A stretch of DNA of 64,000 nucleotides from Lama glama (taxonomy: Eukaryota): positions 870,001 to 934,000 of the forward strand of contig CM052817.1 of NCBI GenBank assembly GCA_028534125.1, written 5' to 3'. Shown here in pieces: positions 1-25,558 of the stretch; positions within the stretch are counted from its first letter, which is position 1; each line of letters begins with the position of its first letter. The translations under genes and the position numbers were made by a program. The notes beneath the pieces were generated by a model, which did no database searches, had not been told where the DNA came from, and saw only the letters and a list, made by a program, of their open reading frames with translations.

Positions 1-3000
1 GCTGGCAAGACCCCACAGGAAACACAGTCCCTCTCCTTAAAGGCCCAACAGCTGACCACTCCCCATCTCTCCTTCCTGTGGGGTGGAGGGGGCAGGAGAG
101 GGGGTGCCATGGGGCTTTTGGATCAGCAGAGCCCAGCCAAGGCCTTCTCTCCTGGAATCCCCAGAGCCCAGTCCCCCTTCCTGGGAAGCTAGGACCTCCA
201 TGGGCTCACCTCCCACCCAGTGCCCACTCTGAGCACTTTCCCAACAGGCCTCCTTCCTCCAGCCGCCCTCTGAGCAAGTGCTGGTGGAGTCCCTGTACAC
301 ACAGGAGGCCAAGGCCCTGGGAACGGCCAGCTGCCCGAGATCATGTAACTGGGTCGCAGTGGTCCTGGGCTTTATCCCGGCTTCTACCTCAGAGAGCTGG
401 CCTTAGCCTTCCACCCCGAGCCCACCCCCAGGCCAAGTGCTGCTAGCCCACTGTCAGTGGTGTCAGCTGGGCCCCAGGGTTGAGCCGGCCCTCAGGGCTG
501 CCTGGAATGTCCCCCCAGGCTGCATTCCCCTGGGCAGCAGCAGGCCTGGACCGCGGTGGGGGTGGAACGTGCCTCTTGATGGACCTGGCTGGGGGTGCAC
601 ACAAAGAAGGGGGCTCCTGACAGGGGTTGCTTGGTGAATCCGCGATCTCTGCCCAGTGTCTGTAAATTTACTCGGCAAATAGCTGCCTCCTCCATGCAGC
701 TCTGTGCAACCTGAGCCAGCATCTGGCGGCTGGGCCCTGGTGGGGGCAGGGCTGGCCCTCCCTCCGGCTCCTGGGCGCCTGCCTGAGGCCAGAGGGTCTA
801 GTCTGCACTCTGGGCTCCCTAAATACTGCAGAGAACACCTCACCCATTCCAAACTCAGCGGAAACCTCCCTGGGGCCAGGCAGCTGCACCTGGTCATCAT
901 GTACCTGGGCAGGCCATGCCCCTTGAGGCTCCGTGCCTCGGTGTCCCCATCTATCAAGCAGGGCTGATGATGGGGCTGGTGTGAGCATCTGGCCCCTGAA
1001 GGTTCTCTGTCAGAGCCACTGTCACCCACAAATTCGGTCCTTCTGTTCCCAGTCCCACAGGCTGTGGGTTGCCCCAGTCTGAGTCTGCGGGGCCGCCCTG
1101 GCCCCAGCCCAGGTCGGGCAGTGTCTACAGCCTCCAGCCAGCAGATGAGGGCCCCTCTGCCCACTGGGCCCAGCTGGCCACGCTGGACGTGCAGGCTCTG
1201 GCCAGAAGCATGGCTGAGGTGTGTCCATGGGTGACCTGTACAGGGACCAGTGGGGGCAAAGGGCAGGGGATCAAGGCCCCCGGGAGGGCCTTTGGCTGAG
1301 AGGCTCAGGGCAGAGCTCGCAGGGATTCCTGGAGCAGGTGACACCCACCCAGAAGGGCCAGCAGGACCCAGAAGAAAGGGCATTCCAAGGCGGGTGAGGG
1401 CTGCCTGGCGGGAGGGAGGAGGGCGTGGCGTGGGGCTGGCCCAGCGGCCCAGACCCAGGTTCCTAATTCATCCGGAGCCTGCCGAGTTGGGCTTGTTTAT
1501 TCTTGGCAGGAAGGCTGGTGCTGGGGGTGGGGGTGGGGGGAGTAAAGCCTTTTCAAAAAATAATAATAATAAAAACGCTCATTTAGAAGGCTCCCAAGAC
1601 GTGCTGAACTCCAAAAGAGTCCTGGAAAAAATGCTGAGAAGGTTTAAGTGTAAATGGACCCAAAACACCATAATTAAATTTCCCTTAAATTTACCAGAGT
1701 TTGGGGTCAAAGAAAAAATAAAACTTAGGGAAAATACACTTGAGGTTTCAGGCAAATGCCAAGTGCTTAGGAAAACAGATTTCAGAGCTGCTCAGTGGCC
1801 ACTGGCCTGGCCCCCGTCAGCCCCGGAAGCTACAGGGGCCTTCACCCCTCCCTGGCCAGAGCTGGCTGCCTCTCCAGGGCCCTCATTCCCAGGCCCACCT
1901 CCTTGGGCCCTTGGGGGCCTTCCCCACACCCTGGCTGGCCCTCCCCAGCCAGACTTCCCCCACACCAGCACCTCCTGCTCTTCTGCACTTTGGGGCAGCC
2001 CTCTGTGCCAGGCTCCAGGCAGGGAGCTGGGGCCCCTCCCCCCAACCTGGGATGGAGCCCAGGAGAAGCCTGAGCTTTCATCCCCCCGCCCTCTACCCCT
2101 CTCTCCTGTCTACAGACAGCACTGGTCTCCTTTTTTTGCTCATCTGGGAGCAACCACATTTTCCAAACCTAAAGTCAGGATCTGAGGTTTAGCGGTCTAA
2201 GTGAACCAAGGGACGAAAAGGCCAGAATCTTTGGACTAGGGCTGTCACAGCACATCTGAGAAGACAGCCTCCCAACAGCATATGATTCATGGTGTTGCCC
2301 TTTTTGCTCAGCCTGCCAGGAAGCTCAAAGCTAAAATTAAGGCTCTTGTACAGCAGTTATTGTTGGCCACCGAATGTTGGACTATTTTCTCTTCTCTATG
2401 TTCTTTAAAATTCCATTTCTGTTATAATGAGCAAATCAATTATGTTTTTTTATTTTTTATCCTCAGGTTTTCTGAGAATGAATTTAAAAGGCAGAAATTA
2501 CCCACAATCCACAACAGCCATGGCCTCTCTCAAATCTGCTGGGTCTTCTTTTGGGGGGAGGGGGTCCCTAGCTTAGCCCAGCCCAGAGGGGCTATTGAGG
2601 ATCCCCTCCTCCTTCACCCTTTGGTGACCTTCTCTGGTCTCTGGGACCAAACCCTGTGCCCTGACAGTGGGAGGGGGCAGCAATGGTTTCCAGAGAAGCT
2701 GGAATGTGTGCTGGCAGATGGGGAGCTCCCAGGAGGAGACCAAACAGCCCCCACTGGGAGTCCCAAGAGCCTCCTGGAGGAGATGGCCTGGGCACCAGAG
2801 ACCTGGGGCCTTGGTCTCCCACATCCCTGCACTTTGCCTTGTGTCAGGGCAGAGGGGTGCTCCCACCAGCAGCCCCTCTCCAGGTGAGGCACTCCCAGAG
2901 GAGGAGGGGGCTGATTCGGGGGCTCTGGCTGGGGCACCACCTGCCCTGGGCTCCAGGCCTGGCTCTGGCCTTGGTGGGCACCTACTGGGGACCATGGCGG

Positions 3001-6000
3001 CTGAGGCCTGCCGGGAGTGGCGAGAATGGCAGGCCGGGTGTGGATTCCAGTCCACACCAGGAACATCCCTACTGCTGAGCGTACCTCAGTGTGGTGCCCC
3101 AGCATCAGCCCAGGCCTGGCAGGGAGGCAGGAGGGGTGGACACAGGGCCTGCTGCTGACAGCCTGCTGCCATCCCTGCACCCAGGGCACTCTACAGCCTG
3201 CTTGCCGCACAAGCCCCGGCAAGCCGGCCGCCCAACCCTGAGTCACCGAGAAAGCTGGGCGGGGCCAGCTGCCGTCAGCGCCCCCCCACTCTGCCTCACC
3301 CTCAGCCGCCCACACCCACCTGCACTCAGGCCTGCGATGTGGTCCTGTGGAGATGGGTGGGCATTCGGGGGGAGTGGGCAGGGTGGTGTCAACATCGGAG
3401 GGGTGTCTAGCAACACGGAGGCCCCTGCAGGCAGGCTGGCTGCCCCGGGACCCCAGCACCAGCACCCTGACCCTCTCAGCAGCCTCTCCACACAGTCCCC
3501 CTGGCCCCCTACACCTTGGCCACCTGTCCGATGGGCCTGAGGAGTGCCTGAATCTCACCAGGGCACCAGGGGGACTGAGGCAGGCAATTCTGCAGAGGGT
3601 CTTGGGTGAAATGCTTTGTCCAGAGGGCGAGGACGCGATAGGGCCCATTTACAGGCCGCATAGCCCAGCCCTGGGAAGCACGTGGACGGCGCTGGTCACA
3701 GCAGGCTTGCTGCTGTCTGGGGATGGCCCCGGGAATCCACTTGCTCCAGCCGAACACACTGATTGGAAACAATAATTGAGGACGATAAAATTATTTTGTC
3801 AAGAATAATAAAACCCTCCCCTGGTGTTGAGAGCAGGCCCAACTCCTCCAGCGCTGCAAATGGGCAGTGCTCGGACCCTCTGGAAACAATTTAGCAGTCA
3901 GCCACCAGGAGCCATGAAAATGCTCCAGATCTTTGACCTAAATGCCACCAGACAGTACCACTGGCCGCACTAAGGGGCCATGACAAACTCTGGTGGCACC
4001 AAAGAAACCAGCCACCAAGGGTGTATGGGGGCAGCATGAGGGTCTCCAAAGATAGGTCCAAGTCTTGTCTGGGGATAGCAACCTGGAGATGTGACCTTAC
4101 TGGGGCAAAGAGGCTTTGCAGGTGTCCTTCAGTTGAACTCTTGAGGTAGAGAGACAATCTCGAGTTGACCCTACATCCAGCGACGAGTGTCCCAGGAAGA
4201 GACAGAAAGAAGGCCACAGGACTGTGGAGGCAGAAACTAGGGCGATGCAGGCACTAGCTGGGGGGGTCCCGGACGCACCAGAAGCAGGAAGAGGCCGGAA
4301 GAAGCCCCCTCTAGAGCCTGGCAGGGGGAGAGGGGCGGGGAGGCATGGCCCTGACGACGCCTTGGCTTCAGGCCGCTGGGGAGGGGAGAGACCACGTTTC
4401 CGCCAGCCAGTTTGTGGAAATGTGTGATAGCAGCCCTGGGAAGGCACACAGGGCACAAAGTGCCCAGGGGGCAGCCCGGGCCTGTTGCTTGGGGAAGAGG
4501 GGCTCGGCACCCACCCTGTCGGGGAGGAGCAGGGCGCCTGCCCTCCAGCCAGACCCACACAGAAGCTGCGATGCCATGTCGGGGTGGGACTCGTGGGGAC
4601 AGGTGAGAGAAGAGACGGGGGTAGGAACCACACAGACAAAATCCGGCAGCAGCCCGTGACCCCACCATGGGCACTTCTGCCCAGGAGATAGTCCCAATGG
4701 GACACAAAGCAGAAAGCAACCCGCACGAAGACTGATGGAGGAAGCAGAACACCCTTCTCAGGGGTCCAGGAGGGGCTGTGGGCACTGTCCCGGGAGAGGA
4801 CCAGAGGGACATGCAGAGCCCTTCCTGGACCTCAAAAGTGTCCTGGGAGAGGCCATCCTTCAGGTGCCAGAAGCCAGTCTCTCCTCCCTGCCCACCCAGG
4901 GATGACTCCTGCCCTGCCTGCCAGCTCCTTCCACAAACGAATCTGGAGGTCAGAGCCCATCCAGTCCCCAACCCCTCAGCTACCCTGAGGAAGGGGACCA
5001 AGGGGGCCAGCAGCCCACACCCATCGTGGCCTATCAAGTCACTGATTAGTTAACTGTTAAGAAACTTCTTAAGAGCCCTGGGATGGTACCCCTCTAGAGG
5101 ACCTACTGGGGGTGGCCTGAGGCTGTGCACTGGGGGGGATGTGGTCAGCCCTCTTAGGGTTCAGTGGACCCCTGGTCAGTCTAGGGGACCTCGGCTTGAC
5201 CAGAGCAGGCAACGAGGGCAGCATACAGCAGAGGTGCTGACCCATCAAGTGGGCACAGAGGAGTGGGCACGGCCAGGGTCCTGAGGTCTAGCCTCAGAGG
5301 CTGGGGTGTCTCCAGGCTGCACCTGAAGCTTGGGCAGGGAATAAGCAGTGGGTCAGGGAGGGGCTTTCATTGTCGACTTCACTGATGAGCAAACCGAGTC
5401 CCAGAAGCCTCAAGCCAGGTGGGCCAGAGGCACTTGGCTGGGCCAGCCCAGAGCCAGGGTCAGCTTCTCCCCTGTCCAGCTCCTGCAGGCCGCCAGCACC
5501 CCCCCCCCCGGCTTGCCTGAAAGTGACAGAGGCACTGTCCTCCATGTGAAGGTGGACACAGAAGCCATAGTCACATTGGGTCTCCCCACCCTGCAGTGGC
5601 CCAGGACCTGGCACCCTCTGGCCAGCTCCCCATGGGCCTTCCTTAGAGCCCTAGGGCTGGCACCCCCTACCAGGACCCCCTAGCCCCTTCTCTCCATTCC
5701 CATGTCTAGCAAGCACCCAATCTCCAAACTTATTTCGTCCTAGGGCAGTGGGGGTAAGTGAGCCCCTCTGGCAGGGAACACAGGTCGCTTAGCTACACGT
5801 GTGCCACAGGCGCTTAATAAATGCGGCGGTGAGCCCATAGATTCTGCGGTGCAGTCCCCTTGTTTTCAACCCCAGGCGAGCCGGCCGGGCTGTCCTTCGC
5901 TCTCAGGCTTTTTGTGCTGCTCACACCTCAGGGCTCAGCCTGCGCAGCTCCTTCCCGGCGAAGCCCCTCTGACAGGCTTCGCTCACTGAGACCGCCCCTC

Positions 6001-6361
6001 TGTATGCCCCCGCCTTCCCCGGCCTGAGCCCCCGGTTGGCAGCCGGGTGGTAACAGGGACCGTGCGCTGTGTAAATAGAGACTTACGCTCGGCCTCTCTG
6101 TGCGCCCGCCCCACGCGGAGCCGCCCTCCGCGCCAGGTCCAGGGGTGCGATCCCACGCCCTCCGAGACCGCCAGGCGCCCCCGCCCCCTCTAATCCCCTC
6201 CGGGGGCAGGGGCCAGGCGGGCCGCCGCCCCGCCTCCGGACCGCCCCAGGGGAGGGGCGTGTCCCCGCGCCCGAGCGAGCCGAGGCGGGCGTGGCCGGGG
6301 CGGGGCGGGGCGGGCGCAGGCCGGCCCCCACTGGCTGCGGCGGGCTGGGCCGCCGGGGCTC

Positions 6362-6366
6362 AGTGC

Positions 6367-6430
<64 letters not shown>

Positions 6431-6581
6431 GGGCAGCTGGTGCCGAGCGGTCCTGCTCGGCCGGGCGCACGGACGCACCGCAGAGCCGACGGCCGGAGGG
6501 ACCGGGCGCAGGCTCTGGACTGGAGGGCAGCGAGCGCGAGCAAGAGCTGCGCTCAGCGAGTCTGGCGCCGGCGGCCGCCAG
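6362..6581 (+). other. FGFR3: FGFR3 exon 1 (5'UTR, non-coding)
   Basis: Resembles my recollection of the human FGFR3 mRNA 5' end (AGTGCGCGG..GCGGGCAGCTGG..GCACGGACGCACCG); donor CCAG|GTCGGT at 6581/6582. TSS is approximate. Confidence 0.7.
6367..6429 (+). repeat. Pure (GCG)21/(CGG)20 trinucleotide repeat
   Basis: Counted directly; uninterrupted. Confidence 0.97.
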
Positions 6582-7061
6582 GTCGGTGCGACGGGACCCG
6601 GCGGGCGCGAGGGTTCGAGGCAGGCGCGCGGCGGGTCCAGAGCGCGCGGCGAGCTCGGGTCCCGAGCGGTCTCTGCGGCAGGGCCGGCCGGGGCGCGTGC
6701 TTCCCGCTCTGGAAAGTTTGCCGCCGCCGCCGCCGCCGCCCTGGGAGGGCTCTGCAGCAGCCAGGGAGAGAAGGGGGAGGGAGGGACCGCGGCGGGGAGG
6801 CGGTGGCCGGCGCCAGGCGGCCCGGGAGCCCTGGGCGGCGGCGGCGGCGGGCGGGGCGGCCGGGGATCCGAGGAGCCGGGGCGCAGGAGCCGGGCCACTG
6901 CCGTCTCCGCTCCTGCACTCCCCGGCCCGCTGGAGTAACAAGTTGCCCGCCTCCTCCAGCAGACTCTAGCGGCGCCTCCTCCTGCCGGTGCCAGAGCCGG
7001 GCCATGGGGGACAGCATGCCGGCGCGCGCCGCCTGAAGACGCCGTAACACCCGCCCCCGTG

Positions 7062-20711
<13,650 letters not shown>

Positions 20712-21240
20712 AGGGCTGTCGGCCTGCGGGCCGAGCCTCCATCAATGTGAGAATGGACCCCAGCCCACCGTGCTGCTGCTCGTGTGCCGAGACCGCTGGG
20801 TCCCACCGGCCCAGGCCTGAGACCTGGTCTAGGTGGACAGATGGACAGACAGCTTCGTGTGTGTGCGCGTGTGTGTGCAGGGGTCCCCAGGGTTCCTGCT
20901 CTGCTGTACAGTGACCTGGCCACCTGTGCTGGCAGCACCAAGGGACCGAATTTGGAATGTAAGGGGCCCCGCCTGTGGAGCCCTTCAGGGTGGGGAGCTG
21001 GGCCCCTCCCCAGGCTCCTGGCCCGCCCCTCCCCCCACTGCCACCCCACAGGGAGCTTTGGGGCGGGCCAGGCTCCTGTGTCCAGAGTGGGCTGCGGCCC
21101 CTCCAAGTGCCCAAGCTGAGCCTGTAGGGAAGCCCCCACGTGGCACGCCTCCCACCTAAGGGGCACCTTGCGCCTGGGGTGTTAGCAGCCCCCCACTTCC
21201 AGGCCTCCCCACTTCCCACCTGCTCCTCAGAGACTGAAAT

Positions 21241-21248
21241 TACGGGTA
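21241..21248 (+). promoter_or_regulatory. miR-99/100 8mer site in FGFR3 3'UTR
   Basis: TACGGGTA is the complement of miR-99a/100 nt 2-8 (ACCCGUA) plus A1; FGFR3 is an established miR-99a/100 target. Confidence 0.85.
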
Positions 21249-21346
21249 CCTGAAGGCAGGAGCCTTGAACTTCTATCTGAAAGGGTTATTCCAGACACAA
21301 GTGTACATTTCTATAAATAGATGCTGTGTATATGATCTACACCTAC

Positions 21347-21367
21347 ATATATATATATATATATATA
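21347..21367 (+). repeat. (AT)10 microsatellite in FGFR3 3'UTR
   Basis: Direct reading. Confidence 0.9.
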
Positions 21368-22281
21368 AATATCTACGTGGAAGAAGGCAGGCTGGGACAC
21401 CTGAGGTGCGCACAGGACCTGAGGGTGCAGGGGGCGGGGGTCTCTAGCTGGGGGAGGCCCTGGGGAACTTGCTGTTCCGACAAATGCAAAAACCGGCAAA
21501 GGCTGGAGGGGCTTTTCTGGCATCGCAGTTTTGTTTTAAAAATTGTACCTGGATCTGTATGTTTGTAAAGCTCTTTATCGACCCCAGAGCCCGTGCCCCT
21601 GTCCCTCCCATCACTCCTGGTGTGTAGCCAGCCGCGTGGCAGAGCTTTCAGGCTTACCTTACTAACAGAGGGAAGGTTTGTGCCTCGTTGAGGGTTTGCT
21701 GAGGGTGCGTGCAGCCCACGCCCCAGGGTGTGAGCCAGCCCCGCGCTCCCCCAGGGGCCGCGAAGAGCTTGAGATGGTTCCAGTGAGGATGCTTTGTTTC
21801 CCTTGGCCTTCTTTTGCAGGAGAGTTAGATTTCTATAGGATTTTTCTTTAGATTTTTTGGGGGGGACTTCAAAGCAAGCTGGTATTTTCATACAAGTTCC
21901 TCTAATTGCCACGTGTTCCAGGCGGGGAGGCAGTTTCCAGTGGGGGCCAGCCCTGCACGCAGGTTCAGAAGTTATTAGATGTTACAAGTTTATATATATC
22001 TATATATATAATTTATTGAGTTTTTACAAGATGTATTTGCTGTAGATTTAACACTTCTTACGCAATGCTTCTAGACTTTTATAGCCCAGACTGCTACTTT
22101 TCAAAGCTGGGGAGAGAAAGCCACAGATTCAGTCTTGTTACTCTGGGTGCCGTTAATGGCCCTGCGTTTGGGCGCTGTCCTCTGCTTGTCAGCGGGCTCG
22201 GGCCAGGGTCTGTGTTCCCAGGGCCCCCAGCCTTGTGGGGGCCAAAGGTGTCAGCCCAAACTGGCAGAAGTGCTTTCCAAA

Positions 22282-22287
22282 AATAAA
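22282..22287 (+). terminator. FGFR3 polyadenylation signal
   Basis: AATAAA ~1.6 kb after the stop, followed by GT/T-rich TGTGTGCTCTGTCTCTTGTCTT. Confidence 0.85.
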
Positions 22288-23589
22288 GACATCTGGTTCA
22301 GATGTGTGCTCTGTCTCTTGTCTTGGGATCCCCGGCAGCTCCCGTGTCCTCGCTGCCCACCTGGGGTGGGTTCCGTCTTGTGTCCCCGGAGGAGGGAGGG
22401 GTCACTAGTTGTTTGGGGCAGGGTCTCCAGAGTGAACTGGCTGCCTGGGTCTCACCCTCTCCAAGGGTTTCCAGCCCAGGTCTCTGGCTCAGATAGGACA
22501 AGTCCTGGGCAGAGCCAGGGTGAGGGTGGTCCACTGTGTCCAGCTGCACAGGGCCCCACGCAGGCAGGGCAGAACCTCGGGGTCCCTGGTGGTCTTCATT
22601 GCCTTGGTCTAGGGTCCCCAAAGGCAGGGAATGCATGTGACGTGTCTGTGGAAGGGGCAGTGAGACACTAGGGGTGGGTGGTACAAGGAGGAAAGGCTCT
22701 GGGCCTCCAACCTCCTGTTTGCCCCCGCCCCCCCCCACCTTATGGAAGTTGAGGGCCCTGGGGCTCATGTCCAGGTATCTCCCATCACCCCACCCTCTGG
22801 CATCTGCCTACCCAGTCAGCTGGGGAGGGGGAGGGTTCTAAGTGGGGCCCCCCCATGAAGCCCCCTGTGTAAGCAAAGCCCTCAGCTGGCCCCCTGATTC
22901 AGCTGTCTGGCTCCTGGTTGGCTCCCCTTCCCATCCCAGGACTGACCCCCCGACCACTGTGGGCCCAACCAGTGCCACCAGCATTCTTCCTCTCCTGCAA
23001 CTTTGGGCAGGTTCTGCATGCCAGTTCCAGGCTAGCTAGGGCACCAAGGACACAGGGACAGGGTCTGGCCCCATCTGCTCCAGAGTTCACCGCCTGAGGG
23101 AGAAGGAAGACAGAGCAGGGTACCCATGCAGCAGTGGTGGGGAGTGAGTCTGGGACAGCTTCCTGGAGGAGGAGACAGCAGGGACCAGGCCATGCGGGGG
23201 GACTAGGGTGGATTCAGGGACAGGCCGTCATGCAGACTTTCACATGTCCTCCCTGGAACCCAGCGTTGCCTAGGGCTGAATTTTCCTCTGAGACTTGCCC
23301 CTGCTTTGCGACCTGGCGCCCCTCCCTCCTTTGTCCCTCCTCCTGTCTGTCCTGAGAGACTAATCAGCCTCTGGGCGGTGTTAACTTTTACTCTGGCTTC
23401 TAAGGACCTCGCCCCTCTTCTTGCTGCGTTCAACTCACCTTACAGGTGAGGGGGTTTCTGGAGCTACTTTCTGTAGAGCCGAGGAGGCTGCTAGGGGCTT
23501 GGTCCTGGATACCAGTGCGGCCCAATACCTGGTCCTGCTCAGGGAAGCGCTCTCTGCCCCCAGACCCCTCCAGGGCTGCCGGAGTGTTT

Positions 23590-24500
23590 GTGTCCAGCGC
23601 TCGGGGGCCACGCGGCGACCGTGGCGGGGACGGGAAGGAGGCCAGCGAGGGCCTGGGCCTGGAGGGCGCCGGCGAGGTGCCAGGGAGGGGCGCGGGAGGC
23701 AGGGCGGCGGGTCCAGGCCTGGCTGGGAGCAGCGCGGGGCGGGGGCGCCCTCTAGCGCCGGCCGGGCTGAGTCCCCGCTCGCCCCTTCTCTGAACTTGGA
23801 CCCGGAGGGGCTCCCGGTGCGCGATCTGGACCGCGAGGGGCCTGGCCGCGGGCGGAGGGGCTGCCTTCCAGGATGCAGGACGGAGAGCGGGGAGGGGCGC
23901 TGACCGGAGAGGCACGGACCCGGGAGGGCAGGCTGGGGCGCCGGCCGCGGGAGACCTCCCCGCCCTCACCCGCCTCGCCCCGCCTCCCCACGCGGCCCCG
24001 CCCCCCCTTCACCTGCCCGGGGTCCCCCCGCCGCCCCTCGTCTGCCCGGACCCGCCCCCACCCACAGCCCCAGCTCACCCGCCCGGCTCCGCCTCCTCAC
24101 GTGGCCGCCGCGGACCGGCTTCTCTGAGCCCCGGAGCAGGTGGGGTTCGGCCCAGGACGGGGACGCGCGGCCGTGTGGCTTAGAGAGCAAGGCGCCGACA
24201 ACCCGCCCGCCCTCGGAGGGTCCCAAGCCCCTGTTCTTGGACCCCCAGGCACGCCCTCGTCCTCGGCCTTCTGCTCGGTGGCCTGGGGCGACTCACCGGT
24301 CCGTGCGTCTCCACCTCCTCCCCGGCCCCCTAGCCAGGGCGGCCTTCGTGCCCAACCTGTGGAGGCCGCCCGCTGGCCCCGCCAGGCTGGACACCGACCC
24401 CCCGCGGTCCTGTTTCCCAGGGCGGTGCATGAACATACTCAGTCGCAGCTGCTCAAGTCTTGGTTTCGCGGTCTTCAGGGGGTCGCATCACGTGTAAAAA
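23590..24500. promoter_or_regulatory. Orphan CpG island between the FGFR3 and LETM1 3' ends
   Basis: Abrupt rise in CpG density, GC boxes, E-boxes (CACGTG 24098), CTCF-like motif 23745-23758. Confidence 0.75.
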
Positions 24501-25552
24501 CATGTGCCCCCACTTGGAATGGACCATCCCCAATCACCCCCACTACAGCTGGAGATTTAGAGTCAGGATCCGGGTGTCCCTTCTAAGTAACTAGTCTGGA
24601 ACAGCCCTGCCCGCCCTCCCCGTGTGTAGTTTTTGGACGGGGACAGCCGTGGATGTGCTGGTGGCTCCTGTGGGGTCATGTCTTTCCCGACTGGGCATCT
24701 GGGGCACTGTCTGGGGCACACAGCCAGCAGCCCTCACACCCAGCTCCCTGCCTGTCACTCCAGCTCCGTGCCCCCATGACCCCAGGGTAGCCATTCACCA
24801 GGGCGGCTGCAGTGCAGGACAGGTGGATTCCAGCATTTCTCCGGTCCAGTCCATCAGCTGTAATTCTCCCTCAAGAGCTTTCTGGGAGGAAACAGAACAG
24901 GAGCCACTGTTTGGGGGCACGGGTAGGGGGAGAGCAAAGGCTGAGACCAGCACCCATCGCCCACACCTGCACGCACAGAAAACACCTCTCCCCAACCCGG
25001 GTCAGGAATAACATGCAAGTGCTCAGAACTGCGGGGCAGGCAGAGACAGCAGCTAAAGCCAGGCTCAGGGAGAGGGGATGTAGGTCCCTAGGGTGGAAGA
25101 AGCCCCCAGTGCCTGGGAGGATGGAAGCTTGTGCCTGTGTGTGGTGTTGAGATAGGACCTGGAAGCTCTCCGGGGCTTCCCTACCACCCTCCTGGCCGGG
25201 CCTCAGCTCTCCACCTGGAGCAGGGCACCCCCACTGGAGCCGGAGGCGCGAGCTGGGCAGGGCAGAGCAGCCCTGTGGTGGTTGTGGGTAAAGCGGGGGC
25301 TGCAGGCTGGCCCTGCCCCAGTGTTGGGAGGGAGACCCTCCGCGCACCGGGCAGAGCCGTCTATGCCTGCTCCCAAGGGCCCTGAGTCTTTCAGAACTTC
25401 CCCCTCCTGGGCTGTTCCTCAGCCAGGGCCCTTCCCAGGCCCAAGCTGCCCACTAAAGGTTGTGGGGAGTGGAGAGCCTGGTCAGGCAGCGGCTGCCTCA
25501 CTGAGCTGGACAAACCAACCATCACATGGCAGACAGGTCAGCAAGAAAGCAC

Positions 25553-25558
25553 TTTATT
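25553..25558 (-). terminator. Probable LETM1 distal polyadenylation signal
   Basis: TTTATT on + is AATAAA on -, followed on - by GTGCTTTCTTGCTG..TGTGATGGTTGGTTTGT (GU-rich); implies a ~2.4 kb 3'UTR. Confidence 0.65.

Noticed and set aside
463..5037. Long ORFs upstream of FGFR3 (463-1383, 1250-2185, 2614-3648, 4237-5037)
   Set aside because: Pro/Gly/Ala-rich composition typical of GC-rich non-coding DNA; no recognisable TACC3 or other exon
20712..20750. Stop-codon read-through extension like the long human thanatophoric stop-loss tail
   Set aside because: The next in-frame TGA comes after only 12 codons, and the context is not the TGA-CTAG read-through type
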